Below the pieces are notes generated by a model. It was not told the DNA's origin, made no database searches, and saw nothing but the letters and a program-made list of their open reading frames with translations. Both the position numbers and the translations under genes were made by a program. Below, in pieces: positions 28,352 to 39,715 of a stretch of 64,000 nucleotides of DNA; the first letter of the stretch is position 1, and each line of letters opens with the position of its first letter. This DNA comes from Octopus vulgaris (lineage: Eukaryota). The stretch is from assembly GCA_951406725.2 (NCBI GenBank), contig OX597815.1, forward strand, positions 106,454,001 through 106,518,000. The letters are read 5' to 3'.

Positions 28352-30630
28352 GTACACACACATATAAATACATACATGCACACACACACACATATATGGT
28401 CATGCATATATGTGTGTGTGTATATATGTTTTTGTGTATATATGTATACACAGACAACACAATCTATACAGAAGTCTAATGAAATTTAAAGATATCACCA
28501 CACAGCTTACAAATTTACAAATAAATTTGCTAATTAAATACCACTGTTCATATGGAAACAGATATCTATAAGGAATCATCTATTCCTAAATGAAAAAGTA
28601 TATGAACTGCAGTTCATATTTTTTGGTTTCTTATCATTGTATTTTGTGAACAATAGGGTAATTGGCTACAAATTTGCAATAGGCCAATCACTTGTTCTCT
28701 GCGTTTATGATATTGAAGGCATTGTGGAAGCATCTATGGAACTCGAATGGAAGAAATATTGATTTCAGATTTTGGCACAAGACACCAGTGTTTGACTGGT
28801 ACTTACTTTATTGATTCTGAAAGGATGAAAGGCAAAGTCGATCTTGGTGCAATTTGAGCTTAGAACACAAAGACAGACGAAATGCCACTAGGCATTTTGC
28901 CCTGCGTGTTAAAGGTTCTGCCAGGTCGTTGCCTTTGAGTGGAACAAAAGAAATATTACCAAAATATTTTGTTTGAAAGTACTGGTTTACTTCTCTCAAA
29001 ATAGTTGATAAATCGTTTTTGTCTTTTGTTGTGCTTTTATTACTCTAACTCATCCACAGCAGAACTGAAAACGTTTATGTATTGCTTTGCACATTGCAGT
29101 TTTACTGATCTTCTTCATATGCTGTATTTAAATATTTGCAATAATAATTATTATTTATTACAACGGAGAAAGGTGACAAATTTTGTGGGTAGAGAGGTGT
29201 AATTAAATCGACTCTAATACTGGTAATATAATTTCATCGACCACGAAACAATGGGAGACAAATTCATGTGCTGTATAGTACGAACTCATAAGTTAAAAGG
29301 ATGCAATTTAATTAGATACCACATGATTTATTTTTCATGGACCTACAAATTCTACTATCCATTGTCCAGATAAAAATGTTCTATTAATTTCTATGTGAAA
29401 CAGTGGAATCTGAGGTCACTAATGAAGGTCAGTGCCAGCAAATAGCAAGTACAATTAATTTTTCCACCATTAGAAGAAAAAGAGAAGTGTAAGTACTCTG
29501 TGGAGAATCACTTCTGTATTTAACAATGTGTAAGGTAGGCAACATTTTTTTTTCTGAATTATGGGCTTTAATTTCTTTTTATCAAAGCTCCAGAAATCAT
29601 CAATCAGTTCTCTTATCACTCATGCTGCTTTGCTAAGAATTTGTGAGTAACCCCCCAAAATTCATTCAACAGTAAAAGTGTTACCTTTAAACACAATACA
29701 CTTCAGTAAACTTCTCAAATTCCTGCTATTCAATGAGTTATTGATCATCAGGTTATTGGAACTTAGATCATTGGAGTTTAGATCATTGCAATTTAGTCAG
29801 TACTGTTTTTGTATTAACATTAGTTTAAGCAGAATTGAAGTTAGTGATTTTTGATGCTGTTTAGAGTATGAGGCAAAGACAGTAGAACACTAGATGAAGT
29901 CTCAGTACACTGATGTTATGATCTAATTTCGATTTTTGATTGATACCAAGTTGCTTTATTTACACTGTTATTTTTTATAAAAGGAAAGACAAAGAACTCA
30001 CAGAATGTAAATCACTAGTTTATAAAATAAGTGATTTTATACCCAAATATGAAGCTCAATATTTAAAGAATTTGAGCTTGAGTCTTTTTAAACCTCATTT
30101 TATCATGTCACTCGATTTTGGTAACAGTAAGGAGATAAAGTTAGCAAATGATTGAAAAATGTTTAATTTACTGCATGCTCTTCTAATTTCAGAACTTCAT
30201 CTCATTTGAATTGATAAAATGAAATGAAAGACAAATTCTGAATAAAACAACTAAATATCTTTAAAAAAGATATTTAAGAAGGAAAATTATTTATAAAGCT
30301 AATAATATTTGCCTGCAAATTATGAATCTAAATTTTTCACTCCCAGCATTGTGATGAACAGCCAAAATGTTGGAAAAATTTGACATCTTTTGGTTCTAAA
30401 GTATATTTGCTTTACGTATACCAATTTAGTTGACTTTCACAGATTTTTTAAAAAAGTAATCCTTAAAATTTTATTATACAAGAAATTTTAGTGTGGGTGA
30501 GCTGGTACAATCCTATAACTTACATTTTTAGCATTTATATATTTGGACTCGATTTCTTCATTTACTCATAAAATTGGCTTGTTTGCAAACAGGAAATGAA
30601 ATGAAATGTCTATTCAGGATTGTAACTTAC

Positions 30631-30759
30631 TCATTATTTCCGTTTTGTCACATTGGTGTTCATCACAACCGACCATACAACCACAGTCGTTGATGCCATC
30701 ACAGTGTGATGATTTTGATACACATTCATCATTGGAACACTGGAAACTGTTGACACATT
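30631..30759 (-). CDS. LDL-receptor class A module exon (phase 1-1)
   Basis: ttttcag|...|gtaagt, 129 nt. Reads (E)CVNSFQCSNDECVSKSSHCDGINDCGCMVGCDEHQCDKTEIM(S) and joins in frame to exon 26462-27000. Confidence 0.9.
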
Positions 30760-30807
30760 CTGAAAATATATTGATCAGATATTAGATATCACTGTTTCAT
30801 TCTTTCC

Positions 30808-30868
<61 letters not shown>

Positions 30869-31889
30869 GTGTGCATGCATGCCTCTGTGTGTGTGTGTGC
30901 ATGTGTATTTGTGCATGTCACTACCCTGTCATTTTTTTAGATATAACGTATATAGGGTTACATTATAAAATGTCGCCTAACACTCTAAGATGGTAGGGTA
31001 AGATTTGAAAGAGATTTGGTTGCTATTTCTAACAGGTCGATCAATCATATGAAGGCTCTTCTGTTGATTCATATATGTGTTCGATGTGGTGTGTCTGCAT
31101 ATTTGTGTACACATTTTATCAGAAACCTGTTGCTTAATGTTGTCTAATGGATATTTAAGATACAAACAAAGCTTCACAATCAATGAAATACAAACATTTT
31201 ATTCCATCTGGATGAACACGTAGATTTACATACATATAGATATACACCTTTCGGTATACTGCCAATATTTTAATTAGTTTGCTTTGTGACCCAAATCAGA
31301 TGAGCTTGCCAATTCTTCAATTTTACTTTATTCATATCCGAAAATGTTTAGTATGTCATGTTACCATTACCACTGTTATAAGTTACAGCTTCTTGTGTTG
31401 TTATCTTTGTTTTAGTTGATCATGAAAGAATCGCATACATTTGTTTAAGATATATATATATATGATGATGATATATATATATATATATAAAAGTATGAGT
31501 GTACATGTGCTGAGTGTCTGTACTATCCCACCATACATACAAATGCCAAAATTAAAAACCTTATCAATGGTAAACGACAAGCCAGAAAACAAAACAAGGT
31601 ACTAATGACCTGTGTGATTTCCAAATTTGATTGCAAATGGGAAAATTGTTAATTTCACGAATGCTACAGTTGTATTTGGTCTAAGTAGTTGGAAAATGAT
31701 GTAGTTTCACTGTCACAAAGTAAACTATATCGCACTTGAAATGTATTTGAAAAAAAAAAATTAATAGGGGTGAGTGCAGCAATATTGTAGAGTTTATCTT
31801 GGAGAAGGCCACTCTAAACAATAAAGCACAAAATAGTGCAGTCTTCAAGCTGAAATACTACTTGCTGGGTCTGGGAAAGCTGTCCGAGA

Positions 31890-32300
31890 CAGGTGAGACG
31901 AATGCCTTTTTATGTTCTTCTTGAACCATTGTAAATCAACGCATACGGTAAAAACATGAGCACGGAGGCGGAGTTTAGGAGGGTTGACGTTTTGGGACAG
32001 ATAGACAAAATGTAGTGATTGGTGTGGGGCTTGGGGTGGGTTGAACAAAAGGGTGATTACTGGAGGAGGGATGAGTGAGTTGATTATGTCTGAGGGGAGG
32101 AGGCACGAGCCCAGCTACCTCTGAAGAGAAGAGTCCATTGTCGTAGCAGTAGATAAAGCAGAAAGGGAAGACTGCACACTTGTGGGCTAGAAGTTTCAAC
32201 ATTTCTGTGATGACTTTAAAATACTCTTTTGGATGGTTGCTTTCTGGATGCGGTCTAAGATGTGCATCACATGCCAGGTAGGTGCATAAAAGAAAGAAAA
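31890..32300 (-). mobile_element. CR1/Jockey-like LINE 3' coding remnant
   Basis: LDRIQKA..., GLFSSEVAGLVPPP...SSSNHPF, PKTSTL.NS, LQWFKKNI fragments. Confidence 0.6.
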
Positions 32301-32701
32301 GTGCATTGGATACATGTGAAGGCGTTAGTGAGGAGTATAGTTGGAGAATAGTTAGTGTACATGGGGTGGGGTGGTGAAATCCTACCCCACCCAGCCCATA
32401 GAGTCATGAAAGAAAAATAACCCGATTTAATTCTCTGTTCAAACTAGCTGTTTCCACGAATATAGCTACAAAAGTTTTATTCTTAATAAGGCACCATTTC
32501 CAAGCATGTATAAAATTCAAAGCTTTTGATGTGCAAAATGCTAGAGTGAGTTACTCTTGTCAAGAAAAAAATTGCTTCAGATATCGTATGTTCCAAAAGA
32601 AAAAAAGTGTACACTCATACAGGCTTTTTCCTTTGCACCTGCCTGAAACTATAGAAATTAATCAGCCTGCCTTCTGAGAGGATTCTGTATTTCCTAGCTG
32701 G

Positions 32702-33121
32702 TTACTGTGAAATCGAAATTTCAGCAAATTTCATGAAATAGTATGAACAGCTAATGGCTTAAAATGAAGTAACAGATACTGTACGGGCCTTACAGGCGAT
32801 GATTTCAAAACAAAGTTAACCCAGTAAATATATTTCTTTACTTTCACGGACAGAGAAATCTCCTCTTTCCTGATTTGTTTGATTTGGAGGATGCAAGACC
32901 AGGGAAAGTTCCACCCAGTATAATCTAGAACATTCTCAATAAGACCCGGCTTATTTTTACTTCTGTAATAAATTGCATATATTGCAACAGCCCATTGTAT
33001 CCCTTAAGAAAACTAAACGCTCATGCTGCCGTCACCTACAGAGCCATCTGTTACTTAATTTTAAGCCATTAGCTATTCATACTATTTCATGAAATTTGCT
33101 GAAATTTCGATTTCACAGTAA
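32702..33121. repeat. 76-bp inverted repeat (32702-32777 / 33046-33121), MITE/foldback-like
   Basis: Arms are reverse complements with 2 mismatches; ~270-bp spacer. Confidence 0.85.
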
Positions 33122-33682
33122 TTTTTTTAATGAAAACAAGCGAGACTACGCCTATGCATTGCATCAGACTTGCTTCTTATCCAGCCGCAGTAGCCGATTT
33201 CACCACGTGATCCAAACTGGAGAATAAGAGCGAGCTACATTCATCATCATCCAATGACAATAAGCATATTTAGAAGCTGTGATCTTCTTTCCACTCAGTA
33301 TGAAGCATCCGAGCGATCAGAAATGCTTTTGAGTTTGTGAAATGTAAACTAATGCAATTCTGAGTCAAATTCTGTAAATACATATTTCTATATGTCGTAC
33401 CTATGTTTACTCTTGTATATACATACATGAACGCTCATATATATATTACTTTATATTATTCTTTTTGGTTTTAGTCATTGAACTGGAAAGTCGATTACAT
33501 TTGACCCAGTACTTATTTATGGCCCTCAGAACGGTCGAAAGGCAAAATAGATCTGAGTAATCCAAATGCAAAAAGAAGTGTCCACAAGATACCTTGTTTG
33601 GCAACCAGAGGTCCATAGTGGTACTTGATGGGTGCTGACTACCAATTACACAACTACAAAATGAATATGGGAAAACTGGAAA

Positions 33683-33731
<49 letters not shown>

Positions 33732-34287
33732 ATATATCCGCTCGAAACGCGAAATCCTCTTTCTTTTCTTTCCTTTCCTGAGCGTCCAACAACACTGTAC
33801 TTATTCGACGTCCTCGCGTTGTTGTCTTTTCTTGCTTGTTCATGTTTGGATTGACTATATATAAATATATATATATAGTATGTGTAACCATTTCTAACAT
33901 TTTATTCTATCAAAACCATATCATGCTAAGTTAACAAAACCTGATTCCCAACATTTTCGATGACCTCCCTTATACCAAAAAAAAAATCTCTGATTACCTC
34001 CCCCTGTTTCGAACTCTTCTAGATCACACCATAACGAATAGATGACACAACATCGGTAAAGAAATTTGAAACGAAAATGCGAAACCGGTTATTTCTCCAA
34101 AAATGATATCACTATACACAAAATTTTACATCATTTTCCTATCATGACGATTTTAATACATTTTAAATATATTTTAATATAATGTTATTTTCCCACAAGA
34201 AATCAATGGTAGCCTTAATTCACAAATAAAGAAATTCTTTATTCACCTATGCGGTGTTGAGCACTCATTCCAACGTTCTACTGTTAA

Positions 34288-34327
<40 letters not shown>

Positions 34328-34352
34328 ATATATATATATATATACATACATA

Positions 34353-34512
34353 CAGGCGCAACAGGTGCCACATGTCAGATGACGAAATGATCGTAGAGCA
34401 ACGTGAAATGAAGCGCTTTACTCAAGAGCACAATCCAACGCCCGGTCTGGGAATCGAACCCACAATTTCGCAATCGTGAGTACAACACCTAAACCACTGA
34501 GCCATGCGCCTT
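34353..34512 (-). mobile_element. tRNA-derived CORE-type SINE 5' fragment
   Basis: Reverse reads ggcgcatggctcagtggtttagg...ggttcgattccc (A/B boxes) then a CORE-like segment. Confidence 0.65.
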
Positions 34513-34517
34513 CACGC

Positions 34518-34577
<60 letters not shown>

Positions 34578-34619
34578 GCGCATATATATACACGCACATA
34601 TACATATATATATACATTG

Positions 34620-35236
34620 TAGAAAAATGTTGGACCTAAGGAGCATCAATTGTGGTGTGCAAGAGAGACGATTGCGCTGGTATGGTCATGTGGCGAGAAT
34701 GGATGAAGATAGGTGTGTGAAAAAGTGCCAATCCCTAGCAGTGGAGGGATACCGTGGAAGAGGTAGACACAGAAAAACTTGGGACGAGGTGGTGAAGCAC
34801 GACCTTCGAACTTTAGGTCTCACTGAGGAAATGACCAGCGACCGAGACCTTTGGAAATATGCTGTGCGTGAAAAGACCAGGCAGGACAAGTGAGTCCAGC
34901 CCACTTATGCATGCCTTTCCTCCCTTGGACACACAAAGACCTGTTGAGGCAAGCGAAGTCGATGTCGAACCTCATCCGACGACAGGCACCTTTGCTTGCG
35001 AAGACCTGTTGGGGCAAGTGAAATCGAAATCGAAATCGGAATCGAAATTGAACCAATCCTATGACTGGCACCCGGCAGATGCCAGGACCCCTGGACTGGA
35101 GATACGTAAAAAGCACTATCCGAATCGTGGCCAGATAAGACCGGAGCCTGGTGCAGCCTTCTGGCTTCCCAGATCCCCGGTCGAACCGTCCAACCCATGC
35201 TAGCATGGAGAACGGACGTTAAACGATGATGATGAT
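34620..35236 (+). mobile_element. RTE-clade LINE 3' fragment
   Basis: RRLRWYGHVARMDEDRCVKK...GRGRHRKTWDEVVKHDL...DRDLWK, 3' UTR and (GAT)n tail. Confidence 0.9.
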
Positions 35237-35239
35237 ACC

Positions 35240-35346
<107 letters not shown>

Positions 35347-35950
35347 TACATATACAAAAAACTATATTAACTTAACTGGGTTGTCCATGCTTTCTGTCTT
35401 AGAAGAAGACAAAATATTAATGTCTAAATTTTTACAGAGCAATTCCATTAAAAATTAACTTAGGATGGAAAAAAAGACAAATTGGCAATATTTTTCTGAA
35501 GAAACAAAAATGCAAAGCCCCAAAACAAAAGCAAAAGAAAAAAACAGAAATACAAACTAAAACAAAACAAAAAAACATTGTCATCAGAAGTGTTAAAGTT
35601 TTTTCATTCTGCTTTTCACTCTCCTACGTACATGTGTGTTGGCCGTTTAACCAAATTTTCGAAATTGTTGCAAACAACGTCATACAATTATACAATGATT
35701 TATTTTATTTGTTAGTTTCGGTTCGTCTTGTGTGTATGTGTGTATCAATATATGTGTCTGCGTGTGCTTATGACATGTTATAGTTGCAATATTTTTTTTG
35801 GATAAAATATATACTTTCGTACCCATAAAATATTTAGAGCAAAAAGAAAATATTAAGCCATATCCAGAATGTTCAGTGAATACATAGCTTAAATTTTGTA
35901 TCACAAACACGCACATATACGTGCGCGCATGCGCAAACATATGTACTTAC

Positions 35951-35983
35951 CGATTAGTGATGATATATTTTCGGATGATACTC
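35951..35983 (-). CDS. 33-nt micro-exon (phase 1-1) upstream of the LDLa exon
   Basis: ttctattgcag|GAGTATCATCCGAAAATATATCATCACTAATCG|gtaagt. Reads (G)VSSENISSLI(E), in frame with the LDLa exon. Confidence 0.65.
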
Positions 35984-37004
35984 CTGCAATAGAAATGGAA
36001 ATAGATTGTTAAAGCTGATAAAAAGTAATATCTGTCTATAATACTATTAATTTATTTGCAAATATTCTCAGTAAACAAAATGGAAAAAACTATTTATATA
36101 TCTTCAGGTTCCTACCAAACAATTTGATAAAAATTTTGTTTTTAGTCATTTTTATAGATTTCACTTACAACGTATCAATATTTCAAACATTTAATGTGAA
36201 ATGATTTTAGTTGAGAAAACATAAAACGATAATCGGATCTTTACCTTTTGACTGGCAAATTAAAAAAAATAATTTTTTGTAACTATACACTTTCAAACTT
36301 CGGACACTGGTAGAATGTGTCATATAAAACATCTTTTACTCTTAGCGTTTTTGAGAAAAGCTTATATTTAGGAAATTATTCCACATTAAAGTTGTCGTAT
36401 TTTGGTTATTTCAACCAATCAATGATATGTATACAGCTGAATAAAATTACTGCCGTTGTTTGTCAACAACAACTATCGGTGGTGTATTTTTCGTTTGTCA
36501 CTGTTATTTATGACATCCTTCTTGCGTTTGTACTGGTTTTAGCTTTAAGGTTTTAGGGTTAGGTTTAGGATTGTCTGTCTGTCTGTCTGTCTCTCTCTCA
36601 CACACACATACACATTTAATAATAACGTGCATTTCACAGTTCTTGGATCCTCCTTTAACTGGATATACATGTGGAAATCCGCTGGAGTACGCAGAATTAA
36701 AAAAAATATATAATACAACTGGATGGAATGAATAGGCTTTAATCCAAACCAGGACAAGCCAAATCACAACTTCATATTAAGTATTTTCTTTAGCATAGAC
36801 ATGTCTCGCCTTTTATGAAAATAGATAGTAATGTTGCCAAAATATATATTTGAATAATTCCTTATCTCTTTTGTCTGTAAGCACTGGGAACTATGGGCAA
36901 TCCAGCAGTACTCTCACCTGATGACATGCGAGTACACAGCTATTGCTAATCCATAGAAACAATTGTTGTGGTTTGAATTAAAGCCTGTTCATTCCATTTT
37001 TCTG

Positions 37005-37044
<40 letters not shown>

Positions 37045-37273
37045 TCTCTTTTACTCTTTTACTTGTTTCAGTCATTTGACTGCGGCCATGCTGGAGCACC
37101 GCCTTTAGTCGAGCAATTCGCCCCCGGGACTTATTCTTTGTAAGCCCAGTACTTATTCTATCGGTCTCTTTTGCCGAACCGCTAAGTGACGGGGACGTAA
37201 ACACACCAGCATCGGTTGTCAAGCAATACTAGGGGGATAAACACAGACACACAAACACACACCACACACACAC

Positions 37274-37324
<51 letters not shown>

Positions 37325-37467
37325 TACGACAGGCTTCTTTCAGTTTCCGTCTACCAAATCCACTCACAAGGCATTGGTTGGCCCGGGGCTATAGCAGAAG
37401 ACACTTGTCCAAGATGCCACGCAGTGGGACTGAACCCGGAACCATGTGGTTGGTTAGCAAGCTACTT

Positions 37468-39698
37468 TATTTCAAAACATTTGCCATAAAGGCAGTACAC
37501 AGATTAAGTTAGCTTTGCGGGCTGGACGAGGACATTAATGAGGTGAATGATAATGAAAGAAAGATGATAAGGATGGGAGAAGACAGAAAGCGCCCGCCGA
37601 CTTTTGCTTCTCTAAAACATTGTTCTTTTTAAAAAAAGATTAACACAAAACGAGGTATTAAACCTCTTACAATTTTTCCAATTTTGGGCTTAGCAGTCCA
37701 TTATTAATACAAAACGAGGTATTAATCCTCTTACAATTTTTCAATTTTTGGACTTAAGTCCATTACTAATAATACATATCGTCCTCGAAATAGCTTGTTC
37801 CCGCGCCCTCCACCATCAACCACGCCTCCCTCAGAACGTAGTCAAGTTCCGAGTTCGCGTCGCCCGGGACCAAGTTATAGTCTTCATTGAGCTCCTTTAG
37901 CCCTAGCGTCACGTCGAACGCCACGGCCTCCACAGCTACCTGCGGAGGCCATTCGGGGTCCTGTGTGAAGGCTAAAGGTGCTCCCTTGTAGTGCTCTTCC
38001 ATCACTTTTTCAATTTCTCCTCCTCTATAGAAGAGGACCAATACATTCAGTTCTTTCGTTGGCGGCACAGTTTCCGCCAACGGTATTCCTTCTCTTGTCG
38101 GTCCAACCGACGTAGTTCCGCGACATTCCGGTGCCACACTGACAGCCGGCAACGTCCCGTTTTTCTTCCTCTTTTTCTTTTCCCTTTTCAACTGAGGGAG
38201 GGTGCGTCTCCTCCGTGGCTGGAAGATTCGCCCTCCTCTCCTCATCCCTATTATCCTTTGGTGAGCACCCATTGTTGCTCACCTTCCTCTTTCGGCCTCT
38301 GCTTGAGGAGTCCTCTGCTTTCTCGGCCGTTATCGTTCCCTCTTCTAGAGGGGTTTTACTTAACTGTTCCGGGATCCTATTTTGTTCCCGAGGACAGTTC
38401 TTCTTTATGTGGCCGGACTCCAAGCACCGATGACACTTAGGGGGCGACCCTCAAGCATCACCGGGTACCTGCACCCGGCCATTTTCAAAAAATCTGGAAA
38501 AACCAGATTGGCTGATTGGGTCCACAGGGTCAAAACTGCTTTCGAGCCAACCCAAGCAGCCGCAGGAAGAACTTTTACATTGAGGAGCTTAGTTTCGCTG
38601 TCACCCAGACCCCGGCGGATAGTCTCCTCTATCCACTCGGGTTCTATGTCGGGTGGCAGTCCGCAGATCCAAGCTTTCATCAATTTCTTTTTTTTGTAAG
38701 TGGGCAGGAATAAGATTTCCTTACCCTCCAAGGGTTCGCTAGCAAATTTGCAAGCCTCTTCAGGGGTGTCAAACAGCAACCACACCGTTCCATATTTGAC
38801 ACCCCTGGAAATGAATTTAATTGTTGGCAAATACTCCTCCAACTCCTCCTCAATTGCCGTCTTTTCGAATAGGGCGATGGTGTCAAGTGCCTTGGAGTAG
38901 GTTCTCAACACCACCGTCCTATCTTCACGGTCCTTCAACCACTTTTTGGGTGGTATGATTTCCCACTCCAAAACTTTGTTATTTTTCATTGCCATGTTTT
39001 TTAAAAAATATATTCAAATTAGACTCAAAAGCAGGAAGAAAAAGTTCAAAAGTCTAAATAAATTTGATAGATTTTTGAAAAAACAAAAAGGAGAAAGCAC
39101 AACAGAAGGGAAGAAATTAACGGAAAGTCGCAATAAAGAAAAAACAAAAGGGGGGGGGGGTAAATGAAGTTCAAAAGAAAGTTAATAAACAGAAAAAACA
39201 CAGCAAAAATATTCTGGCCTTGCGGTACTCCCGGCCTGGGTTGAACCTGGAACACCGCAACTGCAACACAACCTCCACAAAAAGGTCCGAAAGGTAATCC
39301 AATAGTGGCTTATTTTTATACTTTTCTTGCGAAGTACTCTGACAAGGGAATAAATTCAACAAATCCAAACACAGCACTGGCTACCGCCAACGGTGATTTT
39401 GACAGTAACTGTATTGAATTCTGAGGATACGCCCCTCGACTGTTTTTTTCTTTTTTTTTTTTTTTTTTTCAATGAACACAAAAACGGCAGCCGCCTAGCG
39501 CAGGCGAAATTGTCTCAGAGTTGGACACAACCTACTGAAATAATAATTGGCACGCAATAAATTATGCCCAACTCACAATAAACAAAATCACTTACCTCGA
39601 CAACTTTCCGTTTTTGGTCTTTTTTCTTTAGTTGGAAGGAGCTTTTTACTCACGTCCACTCTAGCTCAACAGGAAGCAACCGACTAACTGCGCATGTG
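37468..39698 (-). mobile_element. ORF1-only non-LTR element A (HAL1-like, Tx1/L1-type ORF1)
   Basis: Flanked by identical tggttagcaagctactt (37451-37467, 39699-39715). ~700-nt 5' UTR, single ORF1, ~300-nt 3' UTR, no EN/RT. Confidence 0.8.
37766..38995 (-). pseudogene. ORF1-like protein of element A (~410 aa, 2 frameshifts)
   Basis: ORF pieces 38405-38995, 38025-38423, 37766-38272 join into an RRM-like region, EGRPPKCHRCLESGHIKKNCP zinc knuckle (1-nt loss in a C-run at ~38440), basic linker and C-terminal WPPQV domain. Confidence 0.8.
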
Positions 39699-39715
39699 TG
39701 GTTAGCAAGCTACTT

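Noticed and set aside
36917-36965. CTGATGA...GAAAC hammerhead-like spacing
   Set aside because: No convincing stem II closure or stem I/III pairing.
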